A stretch of 64,000 bases of DNA, from contig JAJQII010000002.1 in assembly GCA_021199295.1 (NCBI GenBank), positions 7,756 to 71,755 of the forward strand. Reading direction: 5' to 3'. Made by a program: the position numbers and the translations under genes. Below the pieces are notes generated by a model. The model worked only from the letters and a program-made list of their open reading frames with translations, did not search any database and had not been told where the DNA came from. The stretch comes from Clostridia bacterium. GTDB taxonomy: Bacteria > Bacillota > Clostridia > Christensenellales > Borkfalkiaceae. Each line of letters begins with the position of its first letter. Position 1 is the first letter of the stretch. Shown here in pieces: positions 1 to 10,064 of the stretch.

Positions 1-540
1 GTAGTTTACCTTTTTAACGGGCGTGTAGATAGAATCTATGGGGATGTAATCCAAAAGCTCGGTGCGGGTATGGTCTGCGCCCTTATAGCCCCTGCCCCTG
101 CCTATGGTAATTTCCATATCTATCTTATAGCCTGCGTCTACGGTGCATATGTGCTGGTCGCCGTTTATAATTTCTATCTCGGCGTCCTGTTCTATATCGC
201 TTGCCTTTACGTCGGCAGGCCCTTCTTTGTAAAGATGAACTACTTTAACGTAATCTTTATCGGTTATCTTTGTCTTGATTGCGAGGCTTTTTAAGTTAAG
301 GATTATCTCGGTTACGTCTTCCTTAACGCCGGCAACAGCCGAAAATTCGTGCTTTACGCTGCCGTCTAAAAATCTTATTCCTTGTGCCGCTGCGCCGGGC
401 AAAGCGGACAAGAGGATTCTTCTAAGGCAGTTGCCTATTGTAAGACCGAAACCCTTTTCAAGCGGTTCTACTACGACCTTTGCGTAAGACTGGTCCTCGC
501 TTTCTTCCACTTCGATTTTGGGCATATCCATTTCGATCAT
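1..540 (-). CDS. rpoA: DNA-directed RNA polymerase alpha subunit, N-terminal 180 codons (3-prime end beyond window start)
   Basis: Own translation from ATG at 538-540: MIEMDMPKIEVEESEDQSYAKVVVEPLEKGFGLTIGNCLRRILLSALPGAA..., open to position 1. GGAGG lies upstream. It follows rpsD as in the alpha operon. Confidence 0.9.
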   Translation of the reverse strand, partial: MIEMDMPKIEVEESEDQSYAKVVVEPLEKGFGLTIGNCLRRILLSALPGAAAQGIRFLDGSVKHEFSAVAGVKEDVTEIILNLKSLAIKTKITDKDYVKVVHLYKEGPADVKASDIEQDAEIEIINGDQHICTVDAGYKIDMEITIGRGRGYKGADHTRTELLDYIPIDSIYTPVKKVNY

Positions 541-561
541 ATTGCTACCTCCTTAACTATA

Positions 562-1185
562 TTACTTGGAGTAAAGTTCGACAATCATATGCTCTGCGAT
601 CTGGCTGTCGATATCCTCTCTTGCGGGCAATTCAAGAATCTTTCCTTCAAGTTTTTCGTTATTAAATTCCAGCCACTTGGGTGTTGTACCGGGCTTTGCT
701 GATTTTAATTCCGTAAAGAACTTATTGCCCTCTTTGCCTTCTTTAACGGCGATAACGTCGCCTTTCTTCACGATGTAAGAGGGGATATTGACCTTTTTAC
801 CGTTTACGGTAAAGTGGCCGTGATTTACAAGCTGCCTTGCCTGTGCGCGGGAAACGCCTATTCCCATACGGTATATAACGTTGTCAAGCCTTCTTTCAAG
901 AAGGGAGAGCATGTTTTCACCCGTGATGCCCTTCATTCTGTCGGCTTTTTCGTAATATTCATGGAACTGGCCTTCCTGTACGCCGTATATCCTTTTAACC
1001 TTCTGCTTTTCGCGAAGCTGCTGGCCGTATTCGGATACCTTCTTGCGGGATACGCCGTGCTGGCCGGGAGCTACGGGCCTTTTTTCGAACGGGCACTTGC
1101 CTGTATAACATTTGTCGCCCTTTAAAAAGAGCTTTCCGCCTTCCCTTCTGCAAAGGCGGCACTTTGCTTCTCTGTAAGTTGCCAT
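562..1185 (-). CDS. rpsD: 30S ribosomal protein S4
   Basis: 207 aa, [32 protein letters not shown]... with S4 domain; operon position. Confidence 0.97.
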   Translation of the reverse strand: MATYREAKCRLCRREGGKLFLKGDKCYTGKCPFEKRPVAPGQHGVSRKKVSEYGQQLREKQKVKRIYGVQEGQFHEYYEKADRMKGITGENMLSLLERRLDNVIYRMGIGVSRAQARQLVNHGHFTVNGKKVNIPSYIVKKGDVIAVKEGKEGNKFFTELKSAKPGTTPKWLEFNNEKLEGKILELPAREDIDSQIAEHMIVELYSK

Positions 1186-1205
1186 ATTTTTCTTCTACTC
1201 CTTGA

Positions 1206-1604
1206 TTAAACTCTGCGGCGTTTAGGGGGTCTGCACCCGTTATGAGGTATAGGCGATACATCGGATATAAGGGTAATTTCTACGTCGCATGCGGCGATAG
1301 CCCTTATTGCCGATTCCCTGCCTGCGCCCGGACCTTTTACATAAACTTCCACCGAGCGGAGTCCGTGTTCCTTTGCTGCCTTTACCGCTGCTTCACATGC
1401 CATCTGTGCGGCGAACGGCGTTCCCTTTCTGCTGCCCTTATAATTTAAGCTGCCTGCCGACGACCATGCTATGGTGTTGCCCTGCATATCTGTTACCGTT
1501 ACAAGAGTGTTGTTGAAGGACGCCTGAATGTGAACCTGGCCTTTATCAACTTTTTTAAGCTCTTTGCGCTTTCTCGAAACCGCAGCTCTTTTTGCTGTTG
1601 CCAT
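1206..1604 (-). CDS. rpsK: 30S ribosomal protein S11
   Basis: 132 aa with [11 protein letters not shown] and [11 protein letters not shown] signatures; operon position. Confidence 0.97.
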   Translation of the reverse strand: MATAKRAAVSRKRKELKKVDKGQVHIQASFNNTLVTVTDMQGNTIAWSSAGSLNYKGSRKGTPFAAQMACEAAVKAAKEHGLRSVEVYVKGPGAGRESAIRAIAACDVEITLISDVSPIPHNGCRPPKRRRV

Positions 1605-1625
1605 TTAAATTAAGTCCTCCTTCAA

Positions 1626-2000
1626 TTACTTAGCGCCCTTCTTTTTGGCGACTGTACGGCGAGGGCCTTTCCTTGTCCTCGCGTTTCTTTTGGTTGACTG
1701 TCCGCGTACGGGAAGTCCCTTTCTGTGTCTTATGCCGCGATAGCAGCCTATTTCCATAAGTCTCTTGATATTGAGCGATACTTCTGTACGAAGTTCACCT
1801 TCAACCCTTACGTTGTGGTCAATATATTCCCTGAGTTTGGATACAGCCTGTTCGTCTAAATCCTTTACGCGGGTGTCGGGGTCTATGCCCGTTGCCGCAA
1901 GAATCTGCTGGGACGTCTTTAAACCTATACCGTAAATGTAGGTAAGGCCGATTTCTATCCTCTTTTCTCTGGGTAAATCTACACCGGCAATACGTGCCAT
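1626..2000 (-). CDS. rpsM: 30S ribosomal protein S13
   Basis: 124 aa, [26 protein letters not shown]... Confidence 0.97.
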   Translation of the reverse strand: MARIAGVDLPREKRIEIGLTYIYGIGLKTSQQILAATGIDPDTRVKDLDEQAVSKLREYIDHNVRVEGELRTEVSLNIKRLMEIGCYRGIRHRKGLPVRGQSTKRNARTRKGPRRTVAKKKGAK

Positions 2001-2196
2001 ACGATTTGATTCCTCCGTTAAATTTCGTAAATTTTGGTGTTGTTATATGAACCGTGCAAATACTCCCCCGTTTTGGAATGAGTTCGGGGAATATCTGTAC
2101 GAGATTATTTTTACATTCAGAGCGCAAAACGCCTTAAAACAAGGCATAGCGCCTGAGAAAATAAGGCTTTCCTGCGTGCTTATAAAAGGCGCACAA

Positions 2197-2313
2197 TCAG
2201 CCCTGGCGCTGTTTATGGCTCTTGTTCTTAGAGCAGATTACCATAACTTTGCCGTTTCTTTTAATTATCTTGCACTTGTCGCACATAGGCTTTACTGAAG
2301 GTCTTACTTTCAT
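2197..2313 (-). CDS. rpmJ: 50S ribosomal protein L36 (Cys3His zinc form)
   Basis: Too short for the ORF track. Own translation [38 protein letters not shown], with GAGGAG upstream. Confidence 0.93.
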   Translation of the reverse strand: MKVRPSVKPMCDKCKIIKRNGKVMVICSKNKSHKQRQG

Positions 2314-2338
2314 TTTAAAATTCTCCTCAAAACATATT

Positions 2339-2499
2339 CACGCAATTCTTTTTTTATTGCTGTAAAAAAATAATTGCACGATTTTATACTCTTGCCTCCC
2401 CTGCAAGGGGAGGAATTAAAGGTGGGGTTTTCCCTTTTGGTAATACTAACTAACCCCTTCGCCACTTCGTGGCCCTCTTCCCCTTTCAGGGGACGCAAG
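2339..2499. repeat. Repeat cluster in the infA-rpmJ spacer: partial element-X hairpin H1 (2339-2380), module M2 (2391-2432), module M3 (2452-2499)
   Basis: H1 matches 10497-10538. M2 CTTGCCTCCCCTGCAAGGGGAGGAATTAAAGG recurs inverted at 22614-22655. M3 AACCCCTTCGCCACTTCGTGGCCCTCTTCCCCTTTCAGGGGACGCAAG recurs at 40841-40888 and inverted at 30921-30965. Confidence 0.9.
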
Positions 2500-2613
2500 A
2501 ACACGAACAAAGCAGTCTACTCCTACTTATTATCAGCATAAATAGTCACTGTCTTTGCAGTCTGGTTATCGCGCAACTATTGCTGCGCTGCTTTTAGCAC
2601 ATATGTGCGGAAG

Positions 2614-2835
2614 TTACGATTTACTGCGCCAGGTTATTCTGCCGCGCTTCAGGTCGTAAGGACTCATTTCTATCTTTACAGTATCGCCTTCGATAATGCG
2701 TATATAGTTCATCCTCAATTTTCCTGAAATGTAAGCGTCTATAACATGGCCGTTTGACAACTGAACTTTAAAGTTGGCGTTGGGCAGGCACTCTATTACC
2801 TTGCCTTCGGCTTCAATAAGGTCGTTCTTTGACAT
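2614..2835 (-). CDS. infA: translation initiation factor IF-1
   Basis: Track ORF 2614-2865 trimmed to ATG 2835 (GGAGGA 5 nt upstream). [26 protein letters not shown]..., S1-like fold family. Confidence 0.93.
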   Translation of the reverse strand: MSKNDLIEAEGKVIECLPNANFKVQLSNGHVIDAYISGKLRMNYIRIIEGDTVKIEMSPYDLKRGRITWRSKS

Positions 2836-2848
2836 CGATTCCTCCGCT

Positions 2849-3154
2849 TCATTCTGCGTCCGCATCGGACGCCGTTGTTTGTGCTGCGTTATATTTTTTT
2901 AACGCCGAATATATCTCGCTGTCGAACACCCTTGCGCCTGCCGCAAGCTTATCGCCTATCGCATCTTCCCTTTCGGGCAGAATGTGAAGATGCTTTAAAC
3001 TCTTTTTCTTAGGCGCGGCAAGTTTTTTGCAATCGCCGTCGGATACAAGCACGTAGCCGTTCGCCAGCACTTCTTTTATAATATAATATTTGCCTGCGTC
3101 GCGCCCCTGCGTGCTTTTGCACACACCGCCGACAGCAACGTTGTTTTTTTTCAT
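2849..3154 (-). CDS. KOW-domain small RNA-binding protein (common map-infA spacer gene in Clostridia)
   Basis: Trimmed to ATG 3154 (GAGGA upstream). [29 protein letters not shown]... is KOW-like. The family call is from memory. Confidence 0.65.
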   Translation of the reverse strand: MKKNNVAVGGVCKSTQGRDAGKYYIIKEVLANGYVLVSDGDCKKLAAPKKKSLKHLHILPEREDAIGDKLAAGARVFDSEIYSALKKYNAAQTTASDADAE

Positions 3155-3173
3155 GAATGAGTCCTCACGCAAA

Positions 3174-3923
3174 TCACAGTGTGAGAATTTCCGTTCCTTC
3201 CGTTGTAATAAGCACCGTGTTTTCGTAATGGGCGGAAGGTTGCCCGTCGTTGGTGCGTATGGTCCAGCCGTCGGAGCGGTCCTGCCATACTTTGTACGTA
3301 CCCATGTTGATCATAGGTTCTATACAGATGGTCATTCCCGCCTTAAGGCGTATGCCCGTTCCCTTTTTGCCGTAGTTTGGTACGGCGGGATCTTCGTGCA
3401 TGTCTTTGCCTATGCCGTGCCCCGTGAGCGCCCTTACCACGCCGTAGCCGTGAGCCTCGGCATGGGTCTGTACGGCGTAACCAATATCGTAAAGGGGTGT
3501 GCCGTCGCGCAGACCTTCGAGCGCCTTAAAGAAACATTCTTCGGTAACTTTTACAAGTTTACGCTTTTCTTCAGAGACGTTGCCTATTAAAAACGTCCTT
3601 GCGGCGTCGCCGTTATAGCCGTTCTTTTCGGCGGTTATGTCTACGCTTACTATGTCGCCGTCTTTGATTATAATATTATCTGACGGTATGCCGTGGACAA
3701 CCACGTCGTTTATTGATACACAGCTTGACGCGGGGTAGCCCTCGTAGCCTAACTCGGAGGGGATAGCGCCGCATGACGTTATATACCTGTAAACGAGCTC
3801 GTCTACCTCTTTGGTGGTCATTCCAGCCTTGATGCGTTCGCCTACAAATTCAAGGGTTTCCTTTACTATCTTGCATGCCTCGCGCATCTTTTCAATTTCT
3901 TGCGCCGACTTTATATGAATCAT
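3174..3923 (-). CDS. map: type I methionine aminopeptidase
   Basis: MIHIKSAQEIEKMREACKIV...HGIGKDMHEDP...; trimmed to ATG 3923 because the track start 3938 is a TTG inside adk. Confidence 0.93.
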   Translation of the reverse strand: MIHIKSAQEIEKMREACKIVKETLEFVGERIKAGMTTKEVDELVYRYITSCGAIPSELGYEGYPASSCVSINDVVVHGIPSDNIIIKDGDIVSVDITAEKNGYNGDAARTFLIGNVSEEKRKLVKVTEECFFKALEGLRDGTPLYDIGYAVQTHAEAHGYGVVRALTGHGIGKDMHEDPAVPNYGKKGTGIRLKAGMTICIEPMINMGTYKVWQDRSDGWTIRTNDGQPSAHYENTVLITTEGTEILTL

Positions 3924-3924
3924 A

Positions 3925-4551
3925 TTACGCCTTGTCAAGTACCTTGCAGATCTGTGCGAAAACTTCGTCGGGCGAACCCTCGCCGCTCACTACCGTTACC
4001 AGCTTGCCCTGCTTTTCGTAATAGTCTATCAAAGGGGCTGTCTGGGTGCGGTAAGTATCCAGACGCGCCTGCACCGTTTCGGGATTGTCGTCTGCCCTCT
4101 GGTAAAGGGGCTGGCCGCATTTGGCGCATGTCGTTACGCCGTTAAGCGTGGATACATGGTAGCTTTCGCCGCAGCTGCATACCCGCCTGCCACATATCCT
4201 GTCCATAAGCAGGGAAAACTCTACCGAGATGTTTATGCACAAATCTATATGCGCAAAGCCGTCGAGCTTTTCCGCCTGGAACAGATTGCGGGGGAAGCCG
4301 TCGAGCATATAGCCCTTTGCGGCGTCCTCCCAGGTAAGTCTGTCCTTTACTATGTCGCAGGTAACCTCGTCGGGGACGAGCTTGCCAGCGTCGATATAAC
4401 TTTTGGCGAGCTTGCCTATCGGCGTGCCGCCCTTTATATTAGCCCTGAATATATCGCCCGTGGAGATATGCAAGAGACCGTATTTCTGCTCGATCTTGCT
4501 TGCCTGAGTTCCCTTTCCCGCGCCCGGAGCGCCTAAAAGCACAATGTTCAT
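3925..4551 (-). CDS. adk: adenylate kinase (Cys4 zinc lid)
   Basis: MNIVLLGAPGAGKGTQ P-loop; lid CGRRVCSCG...CAKCG. Confidence 0.96.
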   Translation of the reverse strand: MNIVLLGAPGAGKGTQASKIEQKYGLLHISTGDIFRANIKGGTPIGKLAKSYIDAGKLVPDEVTCDIVKDRLTWEDAAKGYMLDGFPRNLFQAEKLDGFAHIDLCINISVEFSLLMDRICGRRVCSCGESYHVSTLNGVTTCAKCGQPLYQRADDNPETVQARLDTYRTQTAPLIDYYEKQGKLVTVVSGEGSPDEVFAQICKVLDKA

Positions 4552-4612
4552 TTTTAATCCCCCTTTCGTCGATATATTTTAAGTTACTTTGTTTTATTTG
4601 GGCTTAACAGCC

Positions 4613-4710
4613 CCTAATCGTTGCATAGATACAAGCAAGACACTTTATCACACATATCTATGCAGTGTTTGGTTAGCAGTCCTAATCGTTGCATAGATAC
4701 AAGCAAGACA
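4613..4710. repeat. 30-bp direct repeat pair in the secY-adk spacer
   Basis: CCTAATCGTTGCATAGATACAAGCAAGACA at 4613-4642 and again at 4681-4710. The intervening ATATCTATGCA is the reverse complement of TGCATAGATAT in the first copy. Confidence 0.9.
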
Positions 4711-4807
4711 AGGAGGGCGCGTATTCCCCGACGGGAGTTTACTTAGCGGTAAATGACCGAGGGGAAACGTAAGCCTGACACCGTATTGCGCAGTATATAT
4801 GCGGCGA

Positions 4808-6172
4808 TTATTTTAAGAAGCCTTTGTAGTTCTTCATCATAAGCTGCGACTGCAACTGCTTCTCCAGCTCAAGCGCAACGGAAACTACGATAAGTATACC
4901 TGTTGTTGAGAACACGCTTAAGAGCGACGTATCCGTGGTTATATCGAGTGCCGTTAATACTATGCCCAGTATAGAGGGCACAAACGCTACGAGCGTTAAG
5001 TAAATTGCGCCGAACAGCGTAATTCTGTTGGAAATCTTTCTTAAGTAGTCGGCAGTAGGTTTGCCAGGGCGTATACCCTGTATAAATCCGCCGTTCTGCT
5101 GTATGGTCTTGGATACGTCTTCGGGATTGAACTGCATCGACGAATAGAAGAACGAGAACGCGAATATAAGAATACAGAGCGCCACCATATATATCAGCTG
5201 GCCGTACCAATAGGGCGACGAGCCTGAGAACCAGTTTGTCACGCCCGTTTCAAATGCCGAGTCGGGCCAGAACAGGCTGGCAAGCATAGAGGGGAAACTT
5301 ATAATCGCAAACGCGAATATAAGGGGCATAACGCCGCCGCCCGCTATCCTTATGGGGATTACAGACGACTGTCCGCCGTACATTCTTCTGCCTTTGACCT
5401 GTTTTGCGTACTGTACGGGTATCCTGCGTTCGGAGAGGTCTACCGCAACGATTGCGGCAAACTCTAATACCGTAAGAATTACAAATCCCAGAAGTACCCA
5501 TAAAGCGTTGAGATCGCCGCCGAAGAGTTCTTCGAATTTTTCTACTATGGTGATACCTGCGGTAGAAATGATACCTACGAAGATTATAAGCGATATGCCG
5601 TTGCCTACGCCGTATTCTGTTATGCGTTCGCCGATGAACATTACGAGCATCGCGCCCGCGGTGTATACGACTACAAGGAATATGCCTGCGAGCCATGTCG
5701 CAACGGTATCAGACCATATGCCGCTTGTACCGCCGCCGAACATTACGGTGTTTATCGCGCCGTCTGTGCCTGCGGCAATATTAACTATAATGCCTATAGC
5801 CTGTGCTATGGCAAGAGCTATAGTCACGTACCTTGTTATCTGCGATATCTTTCTTCTGCCTTCCTCGCCCTGCTTTGAAAGGCGCTCTAACGCGGGAATA
5901 CCTACGGTTAAAAGCTGTATGATAATCGTCGCGTTGATGTAAGGACTTATGCCGAGAGCAAAGAGCGTCGCGTTAGACAGCGAATCGCCCGTTATCGAAG
6001 ATAAAAGTTCCAGGAACGAATAGCTTTTTATCGCGCTGGAAAATACCGACGAGTTAATACCGGGTACGGGGATATAGCACCCCAAACGGAAAACCAGCAA
6101 AAGAATAAGAGTTATCCATATCTTTCTGCGGATTTCCTTTACTTTAAAACAATTTTTTATTGTTTCAAACAT
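4808..6172 (-). CDS. secY: preprotein translocase subunit SecY
   Basis: 454 aa, multi-TM, MFETIKNCFKVKEIRRKIWITLILL...; operon position. Confidence 0.97.
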   Translation of the reverse strand: MFETIKNCFKVKEIRRKIWITLILLLVFRLGCYIPVPGINSSVFSSAIKSYSFLELLSSITGDSLSNATLFALGISPYINATIIIQLLTVGIPALERLSKQGEEGRRKISQITRYVTIALAIAQAIGIIVNIAAGTDGAINTVMFGGGTSGIWSDTVATWLAGIFLVVVYTAGAMLVMFIGERITEYGVGNGISLIIFVGIISTAGITIVEKFEELFGGDLNALWVLLGFVILTVLEFAAIVAVDLSERRIPVQYAKQVKGRRMYGGQSSVIPIRIAGGGVMPLIFAFAIISFPSMLASLFWPDSAFETGVTNWFSGSSPYWYGQLIYMVALCILIFAFSFFYSSMQFNPEDVSKTIQQNGGFIQGIRPGKPTADYLRKISNRITLFGAIYLTLVAFVPSILGIVLTALDITTDTSLLSVFSTTGILIVVSVALELEKQLQSQLMMKNYKGFLK

Positions 6173-6225
6173 GTTGGACTCCTTTCACGGCAACATATGT
6201 GCCGCAGAATGAATTAATGGAGAAC

Positions 6226-6684
6226 TTATTCCGCTGCGCCCTCAACTTCTGCCGTGCCGCCTGCTTTTTCTATAGCAGCCTTGGCAGCTTCAGAAAACTT
6301 TGCAGCCTTTACGGTAAGGGCAACGTTTATTTCGCCGTCGCCGAGTACTTTAAGACCGGAATTGTTCTTGACAAATTTTGCAAGTTTATTTGAAACAACA
6401 TAATCGTAATCGACTACCGTTCCTGCGGGTACGCTTGCAAGCTGCGAAAGGTTAATTATAACGTAGCTTGTAGCCCACTTGTTGTGGAAACCGCGCTTGG
6501 GAATTCTTCTTGCAATAGGCATCTGACCGCCTTCGAAACCGGGGCGTACGCCGCCGCCCGAACGCGCCCACTGGCCTTTATGACCTTTGCCGCTCGTCTT
6601 GCCCGTGCCTGAGCCTATGCCCCTGCCGAGCCTTTTGGGAGCGGTTTTAGAACCCTCTGCGGGGGATAACGTATCTATTCTCAT
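6226..6684 (-). CDS. rplO: 50S ribosomal protein L15
   Basis: 152 aa, Gly/Lys-rich N-terminus GRGIGSGTGKTSGKGHKGQ. Confidence 0.96.
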   Translation of the reverse strand: MRIDTLSPAEGSKTAPKRLGRGIGSGTGKTSGKGHKGQWARSGGGVRPGFEGGQMPIARRIPKRGFHNKWATSYVIINLSQLASVPAGTVVDYDYVVSNKLAKFVKNNSGLKVLGDGEINVALTVKAAKFSEAAKAAIEKAGGTAEVEGAAE

Positions 6685-6694
6685 AACTTACTCC

Positions 6695-6868
6695 TTAAAC
6701 CTTTTCTACCTTTAAAAGATACTCCACCTTCTTTATCTGCCCCATAATCGCGGGGTTTTCTTCGAAAGTGTTGGTAGAACGGATTTTCTTGAGGCCGAGC
6801 GCAGCAACGGTAGCCTTTACAGACTTAACCTCGTTGCTCGGACTTTTTATCAAAGTTACCTTTATCAT
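6695..6868 (-). CDS. rpmD: 50S ribosomal protein L30
   Basis: Not in the ORF track (57 aa). Own translation MIKVTLIKSPSNEVKSVKATVAALGLKKIRSTNTFEENPAIMGQIKKVEYLLKVEKV. Confidence 0.9.
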   Translation of the reverse strand: MIKVTLIKSPSNEVKSVKATVAALGLKKIRSTNTFEENPAIMGQIKKVEYLLKVEKV

Positions 6869-6883
6869 TTTGCAGTCCTCCGT

Positions 6884-7420
6884 TTAGCCCAAAATCTCTT
6901 CTACGGTCTTGCCGCGTGCGGCTGCAACCTGTTCTGCGTTTTTAAGGTGTTTAAGGCCTTCTACAGCCGCCTTTACGCAGTTTATGGAGTTGTTAGTGCC
7001 GTGTGACTTGGTACGTATATCCTTAATGCCAGCCGCTTCCATAACGGCACGTACAGGGCCGCCTGCGATAACGCCAGTACCTTCGGCAGCGGGCATCATC
7101 AGAACTTTGCCCCTGCCGTACACGCCAATGATGCCGTGGGGGATAGAAGTCTCTTTAAGGTTTACCTTGAACATGCTCTTTTTAGCCTGTGCGGTAGCTT
7201 TTTCTATTGCTTCGGGAACTTCTTTGGCCTTGCCCATTCCGTATCCTATGCTGCCCTTGCCGTCGCCTACAACGACGAACGCCGCAAAGCGCATATTCCT
7301 GCCGCCTTTGACGGTCTTGGATACCCTGTTGACCTGTATGAGCTTTTTAACGAGGCCGTCGTCTTCAGCTCTCTTGAATCTTGATTCCCTTCTTGCAGAT
7401 CTTTCTTTCTTTTCTTCCAT
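6884..7420 (-). CDS. rpsE: 30S ribosomal protein S5
   Basis: 178 aa, ...[25 protein letters not shown]... Confidence 0.96.
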   Translation of the reverse strand: MEEKKERSARRESRFKRAEDDGLVKKLIQVNRVSKTVKGGRNMRFAAFVVVGDGKGSIGYGMGKAKEVPEAIEKATAQAKKSMFKVNLKETSIPHGIIGVYGRGKVLMMPAAEGTGVIAGGPVRAVMEAAGIKDIRTKSHGTNNSINCVKAAVEGLKHLKNAEQVAAARGKTVEEILG

Positions 7421-7431
7421 TTCCGCGCTCC

Positions 7432-7800
7432 TTAAAATTCAAGTCCGGCTTCCCTTGCGCCGTCGGCAACAGCCTGCACCCTTCCGGTGTACAGGTAGCC
7501 GCCCCTGTCGAATACAACTGTCTTGATGCCCTTTTCCAAGGCCCTTTCAGCCGCAACTTTGCCTACAAGTTTAGCAGCTTCCGTCTTGGTGAGATCGGCA
7601 ACCTGTGCCTTTATCTCTTTTTCTACCGTAGACGCGGAAACTAACGTAACGCCTTTTACGTCGTCGATCACCTGAACGTAGATGTGGTTAAGGCTTCTGT
7701 ACACGTCGAAACGGGGAGTTTCTGCCGTGCCGGAAATCTTTTTCCTTACGCGCTCATGGCGGCGCTTGCGTTCGGTGTTTTTGTCTATCATATTAATCAT
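7432..7800 (-). CDS. rplR: 50S ribosomal protein L18
   Basis: 122 aa, ...[15 protein letters not shown]...[12 protein letters not shown] motif region. Confidence 0.95.
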   Translation of the reverse strand: MINMIDKNTERKRRHERVRKKISGTAETPRFDVYRSLNHIYVQVIDDVKGVTLVSASTVEKEIKAQVADLTKTEAAKLVGKVAAERALEKGIKTVVFDRGGYLYTGRVQAVADGAREAGLEF

Positions 7801-7890
7801 TTTAATTCTCCTTCGGGCAACCAGCCTTTTAAAAGGCTTTTCCTTCTGCCGTAAGATTAACCCGCTTATATATTGCGGTTACGACAGAAA

Positions 7891-8439
7891 TTACTTCTTG
7901 CCCTTACCTCCCGTCTTGCCTTCTTTGCGTTCGATTACTTCGTCGCTGTAAGCGATGCCGTAGCCGTGGTAAGGTTCGGGAACTCTTATGCCGCGTATAT
8001 CTGCGGCAACCTGGCCTACAAGCGCCTTGTCTATGCCCGAAACAACTATTTCGTTAGCTGCGGGGCACTCGAGCTTGATGCCTGCGGGTTCGGCAAAATC
8101 TACGGGGTGGGAATAGCCTACGTTAAGAACAACCTTGTTGCCCTGCTTTGCTACCTTCCAGCCTACGCCGTTTACCTTGAGTTTTTTGGTATAACCTTCG
8201 GATACGCCTACTACCATGTTGTGGATAAGCGCCCTGTAAAGTCCGTGCTTTGCGTCGAGGGTGGCTGTGTCGTGCATCTTTTCTACAAGCACTTCGTTGC
8301 CTTCTACCTTAACGTTGATATCGCCGTTTATTTCTTGGGTAAGGACGCCCTTTGCACCCTTAACCGTAACTACAGAACCATCGAAGCTGACAGTTACGCC
8401 TGCGGGGAGGGTTATGGGTAATTTACCTATTCTTGACAT
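7891..8439 (-). CDS. rplF: 50S ribosomal protein L6
   Basis: 182 aa, MSRIGKLPITLPAGVTVSFDGSVVTVKG... Confidence 0.96.
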   Translation of the reverse strand: MSRIGKLPITLPAGVTVSFDGSVVTVKGAKGVLTQEINGDINVKVEGNEVLVEKMHDTATLDAKHGLYRALIHNMVVGVSEGYTKKLKVNGVGWKVAKQGNKVVLNVGYSHPVDFAEPAGIKLECPAANEIVVSGIDKALVGQVAADIRGIRVPEPYHGYGIAYSDEVIERKEGKTGGKGKK

Positions 8440-8451
8440 AACTATACCTCC

Positions 8452-8844
8452 TTACCAGATGTAGCAGAGCACTTCGCCGCCTACGTTTTCGGCCTTTGCC
8501 TGCTTATTGGTCATAATACCCTTGTTGGTGGATATTATGGCGATGCCCATTCCGTTCATAACCCTGGGCATATTTTCCACGTCGGTATAAAGGCGCAGAC
8601 CGGGTTTTGAAGCCCTTCTGAGAGCGTTTATAACAGACTGGTTTTTGTTGATGTACTTTAAGGTTATAACGAGCTTGCCGTTATAGCCGTCTTCTACCAG
8701 CTTTACGTCAGATACATAGCCTTCTGCAAGCATTATATCTGCGATTGCTTTTTTCATATTGGAGGAGGGAATTTCCACCGTTTCTTTTTTTACCATAATC
8801 GCGTTTCTGATGCGCGTGAGCATATCTGCTATGGGATCGGTCAT
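8452..8844 (-). CDS. rpsH: 30S ribosomal protein S8
   Basis: 130 aa, MTDPIADMLTRIRNA... Confidence 0.96.
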   Translation of the reverse strand: MTDPIADMLTRIRNAIMVKKETVEIPSSNMKKAIADIMLAEGYVSDVKLVEDGYNGKLVITLKYINKNQSVINALRRASKPGLRLYTDVENMPRVMNGMGIAIISTNKGIMTNKQAKAENVGGEVLCYIW

Positions 8845-8859
8845 CTCTTTTTTACCTCC

Positions 8860-9045
8860 TTACCAGCTCGACTTCTTTACGCCGGGGATTTCACCCTTGT
8901 AGGCGAGTTCCCTGAAGCATATACGGCAAACACCGTATTTGCGCAGGACGGCGTGGGGCCTGCCGCAGATAGAACATCTGGTATAAGCCCTTGTTGAGTA
9001 TTTTGCAGGCCTTTGCTGCTTATTTATCATTGACTTTTTTGCCAT
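8860..9045 (-). CDS. rpsZ: 30S ribosomal protein S14, type Z (zinc form)
   Basis: 61 aa with CSICGRP...CRICFRE. Confidence 0.95.
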   Translation of the reverse strand: MAKKSMINKQQRPAKYSTRAYTRCSICGRPHAVLRKYGVCRICFRELAYKGEIPGVKKSSW

Positions 9046-9057
9046 ACCTTTATCTCC

Positions 9058-9615
9058 TTATCTTTTAAAGGGCATTCCCATAGCCCTTAAAAGCTCTCTT
9101 GCTTCTTCGTCGGTCTTTGCGGTAGTTACGAAGCACACGTCCATGCCGCGTATCTTTTCTACCTGGTCGTACTGTATTTCGGGGAAGATAAGCTGTTCTT
9201 TAAGCCCCATGCAGTAGTTGCCCCTGCCGTCGAAGCTGTCTGTAGGAACGCCGCGGAAGTCGCGCACGCGGGGAAGGGCGATAGATACGAGCTTGTCGTA
9301 GAAATCGTACATCCTTTTGCCGCGGAGCGTTACTTTGATACCGACGGTCATGCCCTCGCGGACTTTGAAGTTCGCAACGGACTTTTTAGCCTTTGTTAAA
9401 ATAGGCTGCTGGCCGGTGATCTGCTTGATCTCGTTCTGCGTGGTCTGTATGGACTTCGCGTTGTCCTTTATGTCGCCAAGACCGGTGTTGATTACTATCT
9501 TTACCAGCTTGGGCACTTGCATTACGTTGGTATAGCCAAATTTTTTGGTGAGGTAAGGTACAACTTCCTCGGCATACTGTTTAGCCACTCTGCTCTTATA
9601 TTCTTTTTCTGCCAT
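9058..9615 (-). CDS. rplE: 50S ribosomal protein L5
   Basis: 185 aa; operon position and L5 core. Confidence 0.96.
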   Translation of the reverse strand: MAEKEYKSRVAKQYAEEVVPYLTKKFGYTNVMQVPKLVKIVINTGLGDIKDNAKSIQTTQNEIKQITGQQPILTKAKKSVANFKVREGMTVGIKVTLRGKRMYDFYDKLVSIALPRVRDFRGVPTDSFDGRGNYCMGLKEQLIFPEIQYDQVEKIRGMDVCFVTTAKTDEEARELLRAMGMPFKR

Positions 9616-9627
9616 ATCCGTTCACCT

Positions 9628-10047
9628 TTAACCTTCAACCTTTTCTTCTGAAGCGGCTTCTGCCTTTGCAGCGCGTTTTCTGGTACGCTTTTTAGGCTCT
9701 TCCTTGACAGCCGCCTTGCCCTTCTTGCCTGCGTAAGCGGTGTCGAGAACCGCCCCGCACTTGCCGCATACGCGCACGCGCTTGCCGTCTGCCATGCCGC
9801 TCTTTACCCTTGTTGCCTTGTCGCAAGCGGGGCAGACTACCATTACGTTAGAAACGTCTATAGCGCCCTCTACGTCTACTATCTTGGAAACGTCGTTGCC
9901 GCGCTTTGCTTTCTGCGTTTTATGCTGTATGTTGACGCCCTGTACGGTTACCTTTCCTGTTTTGGGAGAAGTAGCAATTACCTTGCCCTGCTTGCCCGCA
10001 TACTTACCGGTGATAACCAGAACATTATCATTCAATTTTACGTTCAT
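9628..10047 (-). CDS. rplX: 50S ribosomal protein L24, long form with CxxC...CxxC knuckle and Lys-rich tail
   Basis: 139 aa. KOW N-terminus MNVKLNDNVLVITGKYAGKQGKV, then VCPACDKATRVKSGMADGKRVRVCGKCG and a ~35-aa K/A/E tail. Confidence 0.93.
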   Translation of the reverse strand: MNVKLNDNVLVITGKYAGKQGKVIATSPKTGKVTVQGVNIQHKTQKAKRGNDVSKIVDVEGAIDVSNVMVVCPACDKATRVKSGMADGKRVRVCGKCGAVLDTAYAGKKGKAAVKEEPKKRTRKRAAKAEAASEEKVEG

Positions 10048-10064
10048 AGCTTAATTACCTCTCC

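Noticed and set aside
5250-5942. ORFs overlapping secY and many antisense ORFs within ribosomal-protein genes (for example 5352-5942, 6909-7526, 7873-8421, 11294-11713, 11792-12337)
   Set aside because: They overlap strongly supported conserved genes and have no RBS or recognisable domains.
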